Positions 7,892 to 17,175 are shown, counted from the stretch's first letter. The stretch: 32,000 bases of DNA from an uncultured Opitutales bacterium (GCA_934613415.1 CAKTSY010000003.1:120001-152000), one strand, 5' to 3'. Made by a program: numbers and translations. The notes: generated from the sequence alone by a model not told the origin.

Positions 7892-10800
7892 ATGATTAGA
7901 AGAATTTTTGTAGAACCCAAAGAGGAATTTGCCAACGGCGCAAAAGCGTGTTTGGAAGACCTTAAAAACTCGTTGAACCTTAAAAATCTCGAAAGCGCGA
8001 GAATTTTACAACGATACGACATTCAGGATTTGGACGATGCCGATTACGACAACGCAAAATACACAATCTTTTGCGAAGCTCCCGTAGAAACTTTATACGA
8101 AGAAACTTTCCCCATTGCAGACGACGAAATTTCGTTTGCGGTAGAATATCTGCCCGGGCAATTCGACCAGCGCGCCGACTCTGCCGAACAGTGCCTGCAG
8201 CTTATGGCTAAAAAGCGCAAGAAAATTGCGTGCGCAACCGTTTATGTGCTAAAAGGCAAGCTAAGCGAAAGCGATTTAGCCGCGGTAAAAAAATATCTGG
8301 TAAACGCGGTAGACAGCCGCATTGCCGCCAACAAAAAACCCGAAACTTTGAATATTACCGCAAAAGTTCCGGCCGACGTAAAGATTGTTGAAAACTTTAT
8401 AACAATGTCGCCCAGCGAAATTGCCGATTTGCATAAATCGCTTTCGCTTGCAATGAGCGTTGCCGACTTAAGTTTTTGCCAGCAATATTTTGCCGAAACC
8501 GAAAAGCGCAACCCGACAATTACCGAAATAAGGGTGCTAGACACCTATTGGAGCGACCACTGCCGCCATACTACATTTTTAACTCATTTAAAAAACGTTT
8601 CGTTCGAAAACGGCGAAGTTTGCGACCAAATTAAGGACGAATGGAACAAATACCTGCAATACCGCAAAGACCTTAACCTTGAAGCCAAGGGCAAGCACAT
8701 TTGCCTTATGGACATTGCCCTTGTAGGTATGCGCGTTTTAAAGAAGGCTGGCAAGCTAAGCGACCTTGAAGAAAGCGACGAAATTAACGCCGCCAGCATT
8801 GTAGTTCCCGTAGAAATAGACGGCAAAACCGAAGAATGGCTTGTGATGTTCAAAAACGAAACGCACAACCACCCGACCGAAATTGAACCTTTCGGCGGGG
8901 CTGCAACGTGCCTTGGCGGCGCGATAAGAGACCCCCTTTCGGGACGCAGCTATGTGTATCAGGCAATGCGCGTTACGGGAGCGGGCGACCCGCGCAAAAC
9001 CCTTGCCGAAACGCTGCCCGGCAAACTTCAGCAGCGCAAAATCTGCAAAACCGCGGCAAAGGGCTATAGCAGCTACGGCAATCAAATAGGCCTGGCAACG
9101 GGTCAGGTTTCCGAAGTTTACCACCCCGGCTACGTTGCCAAAAGGCTTGAAATTGGCGCAGTTGTAGCGGCAGCCCCCCGCAGCCAAGTTATAAGGGGCG
9201 TTCCCGAAAAGGGCGACTATATCCTTCTTGTAGGCGGAGCCACAGGCAGAGACGGCATAGGAGGGGCAACGGGTTCTTCGAAGGACCACACCGAAAAGGC
9301 TCTGGAAAATTCCGCCGAAGTGCAAAAGGGTGACGCCCCAATGGAACGCAAGCTGCAAAGGCTTTTCCGCAACAAAGAGGCAAGCCGCCTTATTAAAAGG
9401 TGCAACGACTTCGGCGCGGGCGGCGTTTCGGTTGCAATAGGCGAACTTGCGCCGTCTTTGGAAATAGATTTGGACAAAGTTACCAAGAAATACGATGGTT
9501 TAGACGGCACTGAGCTTGCAATTTCCGAATCGCAGGAAAGAATGGCCGTTGTCGTTTCGCCTAAAGACGCGCAAAAATACATAGACTTTGCCGAAACCGA
9601 AAACCTTACCTGCAAACACGTTGCAACGGTAACCGACACGGGCTACCTTGTAATGAAATGGCGCGGCAAAACCATTGTAAACCTTTCAAGAAAGTTTTTG
9701 GATACAAACGGCACGGTTGCCGAAGCCTCGGCAAAAGTTTGCGAACCTAAGGGCGAAAACCCGTTGTTGAAAGACAACGGCAAAAATACGGCGCAAAAGT
9801 GGCTAAACACCGTTGCAGACCTTAACGTTTGCTCTCAAAAGGGGCTTATAGAAATGTTCGACTCTTCAATTGGAGCTTCGGCAGTGCTACACCCATTCGG
9901 CGGCAAATATCTAAATTCTCCCGCCGACAGTATGTGCTCGAAAATTTCCACCGAAAAGGGCGACACTAAAAAATCCACAATATTTTCGTGGGGCTTTAAC
10001 CCCTATGTTGCGGCATACAGCCCCTACCACGGCGCAATTTGCGCGATATGCGAGTCTTTCGCAAAAATCGCGGCAACGGGCGGCGACACAACAAAGATAT
10101 ACCTGACGCTTCAGGAATATTTTGAAAAGCTAAGGACAAACCCCGAAAGATGGGGCAAACCCCTTGCGGCTTTGCTGGGCGCGCTAAAGGCGCAAATAGA
10201 GCTTAAGGCTGCGGCCATTGGCGGCAAAGACTCCATGAGCGGCAGCTTTAACGATTTGGACGTGCCCCCCACCCTTGTAAGCTTTGCAATTACAACCGAA
10301 AATGCCGACAACATTGTTTCGCCAGAATTTAAAAAGGCGGGCAACACGGTCGCTTTTGTCGAAATAGAAAAAGACAAGCTAGGGCTACCTAAGTTTGCCG
10401 ATATGATAGAAAAATACGCCCTTATAAGAAAGGCGGTTTTGGCTAAAAAAGTTGCGGCAATGCGCCCCATACGCTCGGGCGGCTTGGCCGAAGCTGTAAC
10501 AAAATCGTGCCTGGGCAACAACTTGGGCTTTGAATTTGCAAAAGAATTTAAAGGCTCGCACTTCGACTTAAGCTACGGCTCTATTATTGTAGAGCTTAAC
10601 GACGAAAGCGAACTGCAAAACCTTAAGGCGAAAAAGCTCGGCACTGTTAAAGACGACGCAAAAATACGTTTCGACGACACGGTTTTAGACTTAAAAGACC
10701 TGCAAAACGCTTGGGAAAATACTCTAGAAACCGTATATCCTACAAAGGCAAAAGATGCCGCAGGCGAGCTAAAAACCATAAGCTATGCCGAAAAATCTCC

Positions 10801-11623
10801 AATAATTTCGCCCAGCAAGGTTGCGCGCCCAAGGGTGTTTATACCCGTTTTCCCCGGCACTAACTGCGAATACGACTCGGCAAAAGCCTTCGAAGAAGCG
10901 GGAGCTGTTGCCGACATATTCGTATTTAAAAACCGCAGCGACGCCGACATTGCAGCCTCGGTAGACGAAATGGCGCGCCGCATAAAGAACAGCCAAATTG
11001 TTATGTTCCCAGGCGGCTTTAGCGCGGGCGACGAACCTGCAGGCTCGGGCAAATTCATTGCCGCAATTTTCAGAAACAAGCTTTTAACCGACGCAATAAA
11101 CAGCCATATTAAGGAAAAGAAAAACTTGGTATTGGGCATATGCAACGGTTTTCAGGCTCTGATAAAATTGGGCTTAGTTCCCTTCGGCGAAGTTCGCCCC
11201 CTAACCGAAAATTCGCCCACGCTAACCTACAACAATATTTCGCGCCACATAAGCTGCTATGCAACGACAAGGGTTGCAAGCAAGCTTTCGCCGTGGTTTG
11301 CCGATTGCGAATTGGGCGAAGAATTTTCGATTCCCCTTTCGCACGGCGAAGGCAAGTTTGTTGCAAAGCCCGAAGTTTTGCAAACCCTTATAAAGAACGG
11401 ACAGGTTGCAACGCAATATGTAGACTTTTCGGGCAACGCGCGCGCCGACATTCCCTTTAACCCCAACGGCTCGCTGTGCGCAATAGAGGGCATAACAAGC
11501 CCATGCGGTTTGGTACTCGGCAAAATGGGGCACTCGGAACGCCGCGGCAAATTTGTTGGAATAAACATATCTGGCGAAAAATTCCAACCGCTATTTTCGG
11601 CGGGCGTAAAATATTTCGCATAA
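7892..11623 (+). CDS. purL: Phosphoribosylformylglycinamidine synthase, single-chain large form
   Basis: This 1243-aa protein has AIR-synthase-like domains (ETHNHPTEIEPFGGAATCLGGAIRD; ISESQERM) and a C-terminal class-I glutamine amidotransferase domain (GICNGFQALIKLGLVP, HGEGKF). Confidence 0.95.
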   Translation: MIRRIFVEPKEEFANGAKACLEDLKNSLNLKNLESARILQRYDIQDLDDADYDNAKYTIFCEAPVETLYEETFPIADDEISFAVEYLPGQFDQRADSAEQCLQLMAKKRKKIACATVYVLKGKLSESDLAAVKKYLVNAVDSRIAANKKPETLNITAKVPADVKIVENFITMSPSEIADLHKSLSLAMSVADLSFCQQYFAETEKRNPTITEIRVLDTYWSDHCRHTTFLTHLKNVSFENGEVCDQIKDEWNKYLQYRKDLNLEAKGKHICLMDIALVGMRVLKKAGKLSDLEESDEINAASIVVPVEIDGKTEEWLVMFKNETHNHPTEIEPFGGAATCLGGAIRDPLSGRSYVYQAMRVTGAGDPRKTLAETLPGKLQQRKICKTAAKGYSSYGNQIGLATGQVSEVYHPGYVAKRLEIGAVVAAAPRSQVIRGVPEKGDYILLVGGATGRDGIGGATGSSKDHTEKALENSAEVQKGDAPMERKLQRLFRNKEASRLIKRCNDFGAGGVSVAIGELAPSLEIDLDKVTKKYDGLDGTELAISESQERMAVVVSPKDAQKYIDFAETENLTCKHVATVTDTGYLVMKWRGKTIVNLSRKFLDTNGTVAEASAKVCEPKGENPLLKDNGKNTAQKWLNTVADLNVCSQKGLIEMFDSSIGASAVLHPFGGKYLNSPADSMCSKISTEKGDTKKSTIFSWGFNPYVAAYSPYHGAICAICESFAKIAATGGDTTKIYLTLQEYFEKLRTNPERWGKPLAALLGALKAQIELKAAAIGGKDSMSGSFNDLDVPPTLVSFAITTENADNIVSPEFKKAGNTVAFVEIEKDKLGLPKFADMIEKYALIRKAVLAKKVAAMRPIRSGGLAEAVTKSCLGNNLGFEFAKEFKGSHFDLSYGSIIVELNDESELQNLKAKKLGTVKDDAKIRFDDTVLDLKDLQNAWENTLETVYPTKAKDAAGELKTISYAEKSPIISPSKVARPRVFIPVFPGTNCEYDSAKAFEEAGAVADIFVFKNRSDADIAASVDEMARRIKNSQIVMFPGGFSAGDEPAGSGKFIAAIFRNKLLTDAINSHIKEKKNLVLGICNGFQALIKLGLVPFGEVRPLTENSPTLTYNNISRHISCYATTRVASKLSPWFADCELGEEFSIPLSHGEGKFVAKPEVLQTLIKNGQVATQYVDFSGNARADIPFNPNGSLCAIEGITSPCGLVLGKMGHSERRGKFVGINISGEKFQPLFSAGVKYFA

Positions 11624-11649
11624 AAGACACTTAAGCTAAAAATCAAAAA

Positions 11650-11680
11650 GCGCAGCCGATTTATTTGGTTGCGCTTTTTT
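11650..11680 (+). terminator. Rho-independent terminator after purL
   Basis: The stem gcgcagcc (11650-11657) pairs with ggttgcgc (11667-11674, one G-U pair) and is followed by TTTTTT. Confidence 0.6.
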
Positions 11681-11929
11681 GTGCACCTGTGTTTCGGCAT
11701 TTTTGCGCGTAAAAATAAACTTTGCTTAAATAATAATGCAAGTAAACCGCCCTTTTGCCCCGACAGACATTTAAGGCAATGCCGCACGTGTTTTATATGC
11801 AACAAACTCGCGCAAATTTATTTAGGCGCAAAGCCAAAAAAGCCGCCAATACGCACAATTGTGGCAAAAAGCACGGGTTATAAAAAAGGCAGACAACGCA
11901 AAAGGCAAAGGCACAAAAACCATGTGCCG

Positions 11930-11989
11930 TACAAAAAAAAGAAAAGGCGCAAAGCCGATACAGTGGTAAAATAATCGAGCTTTGCGCCT
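11930..11989 (-). terminator. Rho-independent terminator of the rplM-rpsI operon
   Basis: The 11-bp arms aggcgcaaagc (11945-11955) and gctttgcgcct (11979-11989) are extended by an inner cgat/atcg pairing. On the minus strand the hairpin is followed by ttttcttttttttgt. Confidence 0.7.
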
Positions 11990-12069
11990 ATAATGATTTT
12001 TAAACTACAAATGAAATTATGCGCTTTGGCATTGAGAAGGCTACCAAAGTGCAAAATGAAAATATCGAA

Positions 12070-12465
12070 TTAACGTTTCGAGAATTGGAAACGCTTACGA
12101 GCACCGGGCTGTCCGGACTTCTTACGTTCCTTGGCACGACCGTCGCGGGTAATCAAACCGGCGGCTTTCAAAGCCTGACGCAACGAAGCGTCCATCTTTT
12201 CGAGAGCTCTTGCCAAGCCGTGGCTTATTGCGCCTGCCTGACCCATTGCGCCGCCGCCGTTTACTTTAATGTTGGCGTCTACCGAAGAGGATTTATCGGC
12301 AACAACCAAGGGGCGAGTTGCCAACATAAGCAACTTTTCGGTGTAGCAATATTCGTTGATGGGCTTTCCGTTTACCTTGATTTCGCCTTTGCCGTCGGAA
12401 AGGGCAACACGGGCTACAGAGGTCTTACGGCGTCCTACGCTTACAAATTCCTGTTTTTTTGCCAT
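12070..12465 (-). CDS. rpsI: 30S ribosomal protein S9
   Basis: This 131-aa protein has GRRKTSVARV and GGGAMGQAGAISHGLARAL, and ends in ARKRFQFSKR. Confidence 0.95.
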   Translation of the reverse strand: MAKKQEFVSVGRRKTSVARVALSDGKGEIKVNGKPINEYCYTEKLLMLATRPLVVADKSSSVDANIKVNGGGAMGQAGAISHGLARALEKMDASLRQALKAAGLITRDGRAKERKKSGQPGARKRFQFSKR

Positions 12466-12478
12466 GGTAATTTAAGAG

Positions 12479-12904
12479 TTAGAAATTAAAGGGCTGTGGG
12501 TTTTGAGCCGCGTGCGGATGTTCAGCACCTGCATATACATGCAATTTTGTGAGCATTGCGCTTGCAAGCTTGTTATTGGGCATCATGCCTTCTACGGCGT
12601 GCTTGATGAGGAAGGCGGGATTCTTTGCGCGATAGTCCGACAATTTAACGTAGCGTTCGCCGTTTACATAGCCGGTATAGTGCATATATTCTTTTCTGTC
12701 TTCCTTTTTGCCTGTAACGCGAATCTTTTCGGCGTTAATAACGATCACATGATCGCCGTTGTCCATATTGGGCGTATAAACCGCCTTGTGCCTGCCGCGC
12801 AAAACATTGGCGATTTTAACCGCCAAGCGACCGAGCACCTGATCTGCCGCGTCAACGACATACCACTGCTTATCTTTTTGTACTTTTGCTATTGTAGTTT
12901 TCAT
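12479..12904 (-). CDS. rplM: 50S ribosomal protein L13
   Basis: The sequence MKTTIAKVQKDKQWYVVDAADQVLGRLAVKIANVLRGRHKAVYTPNMDNGDHVIVINAEKI is canonical L13. I take the start at ATG 12904 rather than the track's longer upstream extension. Confidence 0.95.
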   Translation of the reverse strand: MKTTIAKVQKDKQWYVVDAADQVLGRLAVKIANVLRGRHKAVYTPNMDNGDHVIVINAEKIRVTGKKEDRKEYMHYTGYVNGERYVKLSDYRAKNPAFLIKHAVEGMMPNNKLASAMLTKLHVYAGAEHPHAAQNPQPFNF

Positions 12905-13124
12905 TATTGTAAGAAAAACAACCAATTTAGCCTAAAAGGAGCTTTCGTCAACATTTTTTTTCGAAAGACAAAAATTTGCGCCATATTTGCAAAGTAAAAA
13001 GAGGTATTCGCCATATATGTGTAAGTGTAGCGCATTTTTTGCGAAATGTATTTAGCAGAGAACATTTTTTGCTTGTAAAGAGTCTTTTTTGCCGATTGCA
13101 TTTATTGTATATTTATCTACTTAT

Positions 13125-13547
13125 ATGAAGAGCGTTTTAACCTACATTGTTTTTGCATTTACACTTTTTGCCTTAACCGCCTGCACAACGGGCACCCCCT
13201 ATGTAAGCGGAACAAAGTGGCAGCCCATATACATAGCAAACTGCACAAAAGAATTTGTAGGCGAAAAAGGTGGCAAAACACCCTTTATAGAATTTAGCGG
13301 GCAAAGCCGCGCAAATGGAATGTCGGGCGTAAATTTGTTCAGCTGCGAATTTGTAATAGAAAACGGCGGCAGGCTTTGCGTTGGCAACATTGCCTCTACC
13401 AGAATGATGGGCCCGAATATGGAATACGAACGCGCATTCCTTACCGCGCTGTCTAAAAGTATGATATTAGACAAAAAAAGCAACGGCGAGCTTTGGCTTT
13501 TAAGCTCGAAAGGCATACCGCTAATGAAGCTTAAGCAGCTAAATTAG
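13125..13547 (+). CDS. META domain (HslJ-like) lipoprotein
   Basis: From MKSVLTYIVFAFTLFALTAC there is a signal peptide plus lipobox. The body (WQPIYI..., FIEFSGQSRANGMSGVNLFSCEF..., IASTRMMGPNMEYERAFLTAL) follows the META/HslJ pattern. Confidence 0.7.
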   Translation: MKSVLTYIVFAFTLFALTACTTGTPYVSGTKWQPIYIANCTKEFVGEKGGKTPFIEFSGQSRANGMSGVNLFSCEFVIENGGRLCVGNIASTRMMGPNMEYERAFLTALSKSMILDKKSNGELWLLSSKGIPLMKLKQLN

Positions 13548-13632
13548 CCTTTGCCGAAAAAAAGTGTTGCAAAACCCGCCAAAATCGGAAATCCTTAACG
13601 GCTTATATATAAATAATAGGAGTTTTATCACC

Positions 13633-13842
13633 GTGAGAGAAGATTATCTTAGACAAGCCCAACAGTTAATACAAGACCCTAACATCTTGGTAAACGTGGT
13701 GTCCAGAAGAGTAAAACAGCTGAGAAACGGCAGAAAGCCTCTCATCGAATCGCTCGAAACCCTATCGCCCGAAGACATTGCGCTTCGCGAAATAATCGAG
13801 CACAAAATCACTTGGACACTCTATAGCGGCGAGAATAAATAA
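13633..13842 (+). CDS. rpoZ: DNA-directed RNA polymerase subunit omega
   Basis: ILVNVVSRRVKQLRNG and IALREIIEHKI are omega-subunit motifs. The likely start is GTG 13633, preceded by TAGGAG at 13617-13622; the track ORF extends upstream to 13564. Confidence 0.75.
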   Translation: MREDYLRQAQQLIQDPNILVNVVSRRVKQLRNGRKPLIESLETLSPEDIALREIIEHKITWTLYSGENK

Positions 13843-13864
13843 CCCTTATGGTTTTACCGAAAAG

Positions 13865-13891
13865 GCGCAGGGTTAAATCTGCGCTTTTTTT
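13865..13891 (+). terminator. Rho-independent terminator after rpoZ
   Basis: The stem gcgcag (13865-13870) pairs with ctgcgc (13879-13884) and is followed by a T7 run. Confidence 0.65.
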
Positions 13892-13921
13892 ATCTTTAAA
13901 CACATAAATTTTACGCAAAGA

Positions 13922-14395
13922 ATGGCGAAAAAGGAAGACAACGCCCCAAAAGTTTTGGAAATTCAAAACAAGAAAGCCTCGCACGACTATTTTATAGGCG
14001 AAACTTTCGAGGCCGGCATTGTGCTTAAAGGTACCGAAATTAAAAGCATAAGACAGGGCAAAGCCCAGATAAAAGACGCCTTTGTGCGCATAGAAAAAAA
14101 CGAGGCAATTTTATATAACGCCCATATCAGCGAATACGACTTCGGCAACATAAACAACCACGTTCCCGTTCACCCGCGCAAACTTTTGCTGCACAAAAAG
14201 CAAATTCTAAAAATAAAGGGCAAAATAGAAGCCGAACACTTGGCGGTTGTTCCCCTTAAAATGTATATGAAAAAGGGCTTTGTTAAGCTGCTTATTGCCG
14301 TTTGCAAGGGCAAAAAACTGTTCGACAAGCGCGATTCGCTGCGCAAGGAACAGGCTTGGAAGGAAGCCAAGCGCGAGCTTAGCTGGCGCAGATAA
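13922..14395 (+). CDS. smpB: SsrA-binding protein SmpB
   Basis: This 157-aa protein has NKKASHDYFI, EAGIVLKGTEIKSIR and RKLLLHKKQI, plus a basic C-terminal tail. Confidence 0.95.
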   Translation: MAKKEDNAPKVLEIQNKKASHDYFIGETFEAGIVLKGTEIKSIRQGKAQIKDAFVRIEKNEAILYNAHISEYDFGNINNHVPVHPRKLLLHKKQILKIKGKIEAEHLAVVPLKMYMKKGFVKLLIAVCKGKKLFDKRDSLRKEQAWKEAKRELSWRR

Positions 14396-14401
14396 ATATT
14401 T

Positions 14402-14893
14402 ATGAAAAACCCAAACCCGCCCCTGCACATTGTGCTGCACAACCCGCAAATTCCGCAAAACACGGGCAACATTGGCAGAATGTGCTCTATGCTTGAAGCG
14501 CATTTGCACCTAATACACCCATTGGGCTTTACAATTACCGACACAAAATTAAAGCGCGCGGGAATGGACTATTGGAAAGAGCTGGACGTTTTCGACCACA
14601 ACTCGTGGGAAGAATACAAAGCCTCGGCAAACATACCGCCCCTTTCCAGAACCTGGCTGCTTACAACCAAAGCGGAAATGTCTTTGTGGGAGGCAGATTT
14701 TCAGTTTGGCGACGCTCTTGTTTTCGGCTCGGAAGACAGAGGCGCCCCCGACTATCTGCGCGAAGAGCTAAAGCCGCGTCGTATAAAGATTCCGCAATTT
14801 AACCCCCTGCTACGCTCGCTTAATTTGTCTACAAGCGCGGGCATTGCGGCCTACGAGGCAATGAGGCAAATTCAGCTAAAACTTAAAAAATAA
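14402..14893 (+). CDS. trmL: tRNA (cytidine/uridine-2'-O-)-methyltransferase TrmL (SpoU/TrmH family)
   Basis: LHIVLHNPQIPQNTGNIGRMC, LVFGSEDRGAP and the RSLNLSTSAGIAAYEA knot motif, together with a size of about 160 aa, fit TrmL. Confidence 0.85.
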   Translation: MKNPNPPLHIVLHNPQIPQNTGNIGRMCSMLEAHLHLIHPLGFTITDTKLKRAGMDYWKELDVFDHNSWEEYKASANIPPLSRTWLLTTKAEMSLWEADFQFGDALVFGSEDRGAPDYLREELKPRRIKIPQFNPLLRSLNLSTSAGIAAYEAMRQIQLKLKK

Positions 14894-14906
14894 AAATATT
14901 TTCGTG

Positions 14907-14935
14907 TTGACAAAGGAAAGTCTATGCACTTTAGT
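14907..14935 (+). promoter_or_regulatory. Candidate sigma70-type promoter for tRNA-Leu
   Basis: TTGACA (14907-14912) is followed by a 17-nt spacer and TTTAGT (14930-14935), ending about 18 nt before the tRNA 5' end. Confidence 0.35.
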
Positions 14936-14952
14936 TGAGCCTTTAAATAAAT

Positions 14953-15035
14953 GCTCGGGTGGCGGAATGGTAGACGCAGTAGACTCAAAATCTTCCGACT
15001 TTATGGTCATAAGGGTTCAAGTCCCTTCCCGAGTA
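14953..15035 (+). tRNA. tRNA-Leu (anticodon CAA), type II with long variable arm, no encoded CCA
   Basis: Folded by hand. The acceptor gctcggg/cccgagt has G1-U72. The D region GTGGCGGAATGGTAGACGC is almost identical to canonical bacterial tRNA-Leu. The anticodon loop is cTCAAaa with CAA at 14986-14988. The T arm is aaggg-ttcaagt-ccctt. Confidence 0.85.
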
Positions 15036-15044
15036 CTTAAAAAA

Positions 15045-15070
15045 CCGATGTGATTCACATCGGTTTTTTT
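15045..15070. terminator. Bidirectional rho-independent terminator after tRNA-Leu
   Basis: ccgatgtg (15045-15052) pairs perfectly with cacatcgg (15056-15063). An A-run lies upstream and a T7 run downstream, so it can also terminate the minus-strand island transcript. Confidence 0.8.
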
Positions 15071-15196
15071 GTGTTTACTGGCTTTGCATTGCTTGGCTCT
15101 TAGGGGCTGCCGCCAAGCGCGGCCTTACAACTTGCTTTGCATTGCTTTTATAGACATTGCGATGTTGCCAACAACATTCTTTATATCGGCTACCGC

Positions 15197-15520
15197 TTAA
15201 TTCGCCGACAAATTTGGAACTAGGCTATCTAACGAAACGTCTTTTAAAAATTCCAAAGAATCTACTTTTACAACCGTTTTAAACCCCTTCTTTTCGGCAT
15301 ACATAAATATACAGCGCTGGAAAGACACTGGAGCGTAAATGCCCAACCCTTCCACCTTCACTGTGTCTTTAGAATAATCGAAAATAATATCCGACTGCTT
15401 TTTGCCGCCACCAATGCCATAGTTCGACGCCGAAAAGCGCACGGGCACTGGGTTTCCATAACGAAGCGATACCACCGCTTCAATTTTGTAGCTTTCGGTT
15501 GCGGCGGTTAACGACAACAT
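15197..15520 (-). CDS. Hypothetical protein, probable C-terminal part of the split gene above
   Basis: This 107-aa ORF has no signal peptide, unlike every neighbour. One extra A in the A6 run would fuse both ORFs into a protein of about 292 aa. Confidence 0.45.
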   Translation of the reverse strand: MLSLTAATESYKIEAVVSLRYGNPVPVRFSASNYGIGGGKKQSDIIFDYSKDTVKVEGLGIYAPVSFQRCIFMYAEKKGFKTVVKVDSLEFLKDVSLDSLVPNLSAN

Positions 15521-16074
15521 GTCGGCCTGCCGCTTTTTTCTATTATGGGAAATTTAAAATTGCCCTCAATGGCGTCTAAAACGCTTATATTTTTTAATCC
15601 CTCAAAAAATGTTATATAGTCTGCAAAAAGCAATTTGCCGAGGTAGAAATCTTGCAACGGGTAAATTGTAGAGTTTTCCAAAGGACGCGTTATAAGCACA
15701 TTGCCGTCTTCGATTCTGCCGTCGGAATTCTGCGTTTTATATCTAAATTCCTTTACCGTTTTGCCGTCGTATACAAAATCTACTTTTTGTATCATTTTGG
15801 CATTTTTGCCGCCGCCTGCCATACTCATTTGCAACGGATTAAATTTTATAATAAACTTGTTGTCCGCCAGCGAAAAATACGATTCTACCTGCGAAACATT
15901 CGGGCTTTCGGCGGGAGTGCCCTTTATGTCGGAAATATCATACATTTCAACTGTGCCCTTAAATTTTATTATGCCTAAATTCGGCAATTTTGCCCCTGCA
16001 AAAGCAGCTCCGGCAAAAGCAACAAATATAAGATTAAAAACAACAGTTCTTATAAAACCTAACTTCAACTTCAT
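15508..16074 (-). CDS. Exported hypothetical protein, N-terminal part of an apparently frameshift-split gene
   Basis: This 188-aa ORF has a signal-like N-terminus (MKLKLGFIRTVVFNLIFVAFAGAAFAGA). It ends 8 codons after an A6 run (minus strand; T6 at 15534-15539 on plus) and overlaps the next ORF by 13 nt. Confidence 0.5.
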   Translation of the reverse strand: MKLKLGFIRTVVFNLIFVAFAGAAFAGAKLPNLGIIKFKGTVEMYDISDIKGTPAESPNVSQVESYFSLADNKFIIKFNPLQMSMAGGGKNAKMIQKVDFVYDGKTVKEFRYKTQNSDGRIEDGNVLITRPLENSTIYPLQDFYLGKLLFADYITFFEGLKNISVLDAIEGNFKFPIIEKSGRPTCCR

Positions 16075-16100
16075 ATCGTCTTTCTTTTGTATCTTTCGGT

Positions 16101-16150
16101 AGAATAAATTTTAGATAAAATTCGGTCAATATTTTTGTAATATTTTTCGC
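16101..16150 (-). promoter_or_regulatory. Island promoter cassette, copy D
   Basis: On the minus strand: gcgAAAAATATTACAAAAATA-TTGACC (16129-16124), 17 nt, TATTCT (16106-16101). The -10 element ends 27 nt upstream of ATG 16074. Confidence 0.4.
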
Positions 16151-16197
16151 TTTGCCAAATTGCCGCGCATACAGATTGTGCGTGTTAAAGAACACTT

Positions 16198-17169
16198 CTA
16201 TTTGGACGTATGCGAGCCTGCCGGCATTTGTACTTTATATAGTTTTTCACTGTTTGCCGAAATAATTGTTTTTAAAACGTCTAAATCAACCTCACGGGGT
16301 TTGGTTGAAATTTCATACGAAACCAAAGCCCCTTGTCTATTGAATATATTTAAAAATCTTACCGAAAATTCCACACTTTTTACCTGCAACCAATCCAGGT
16401 CATTCTGTTTCATAACCAAAACAACATGAGAGAATAGAGATTTTGAAAGATAATCCGACACTTCCAAAATATCGCCGTCTTTATACACCCGCTCTCTATC
16501 GGGTCTATCGCACACCGAAAAGGCGCTGCCGCCATAGTAATATTGCCCGTTTGCCATAACGCACACATTTGTCATAAAATCGCAACATAAAGACGTTTGG
16601 TTGAACGTAAGAAGCTTCTTTTTGCTTTTGTTTATAAGTTTTATTTCTATTGCAAATTTATCTTTTTTTAAAGGCTGCATTTGCAAACTTATGCCGCGAA
16701 ATTCGTCGAACATATCGGTTTTGCCGGCAAACATATCGCTTTGGCAGTTTTCACCGTCGCGTTTTTTGCAAATTGCAAACACTAAATTGTTATCTTTATC
16801 AAGCAGCCTATACGATACACTGTTGTCGTGTTCGTTTATTTCAATTCGCTCATTTTCCGACACTACTGCCCTATTATTGCCGTTTTTTTGTTTTTCAAAA
16901 AACTCGGTTTTGCCGTTCGGCAAATGTTTCATTGTATACAGCACAACTCCATTAAACGTCTTTTTTGCCAATTCGCCTTTTTCGTTGTAGAGATATTCTT
17001 TTACATTGCATTTAGAGTCTACAACTTTTACTACCTCGTTTGGGTTGCCCTTTATTGTATATAAACAAGGCATAGCAAATGCGCCACACAAAACGCAGTT
17101 TGCGCAAAGCAGCGCTAAAAAAAGAAAAAAACGTTTTATACAAAAATTTATTTTTTTCAAATCCGCCAA
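16198..17169 (-). CDS. Exported Cys-rich hypothetical protein with N-terminal YD/MORN-variant-like repeat module
   Basis: There is no ATG before the hydrophobic segment, so a TTG start at 17169 or 17160 is implied ((M)KKINFCIKRFFLFLALLCANCVLCGAFA). Residues about 55-100 (NVKEYLYNEKGELAKKTFNGVVLYTMKHLPNGK) are about 50% identical to the C-terminus of the 22961-24544 protein. Confidence 0.55.
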   Translation of the reverse strand: MADLKKINFCIKRFFLFLALLCANCVLCGAFAMPCLYTIKGNPNEVVKVVDSKCNVKEYLYNEKGELAKKTFNGVVLYTMKHLPNGKTEFFEKQKNGNNRAVVSENERIEINEHDNSVSYRLLDKDNNLVFAICKKRDGENCQSDMFAGKTDMFDEFRGISLQMQPLKKDKFAIEIKLINKSKKKLLTFNQTSLCCDFMTNVCVMANGQYYYGGSAFSVCDRPDRERVYKDGDILEVSDYLSKSLFSHVVLVMKQNDLDWLQVKSVEFSVRFLNIFNRQGALVSYEISTKPREVDLDVLKTIISANSEKLYKVQMPAGSHTSK

Positions 17170-17175
17170 AGGTTA

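Noticed and set aside
8242-11805. Several minus-strand ORFs of 64-200 aa inside or overlapping purL.
   Set aside because: All lie antisense within a 1243-aa gene with unambiguous FGAM synthase motifs, and none has a recognisable domain.
11669-11974. A 101-aa plus-strand ORF in the purL-rpsI spacer.
   Set aside because: It is extremely basic and low in complexity (KKKKRRK..., RQRKRQRHK). It has no ribosome-binding site and runs through the rpsI terminator hairpin, so it is very unlikely to be coding.
12019-12997. Plus-strand ORFs of 156 and 164 aa over rpsI and rplM.
   Set aside because: They are antisense to the ribosomal protein genes S9 and L13, which are unmistakable.
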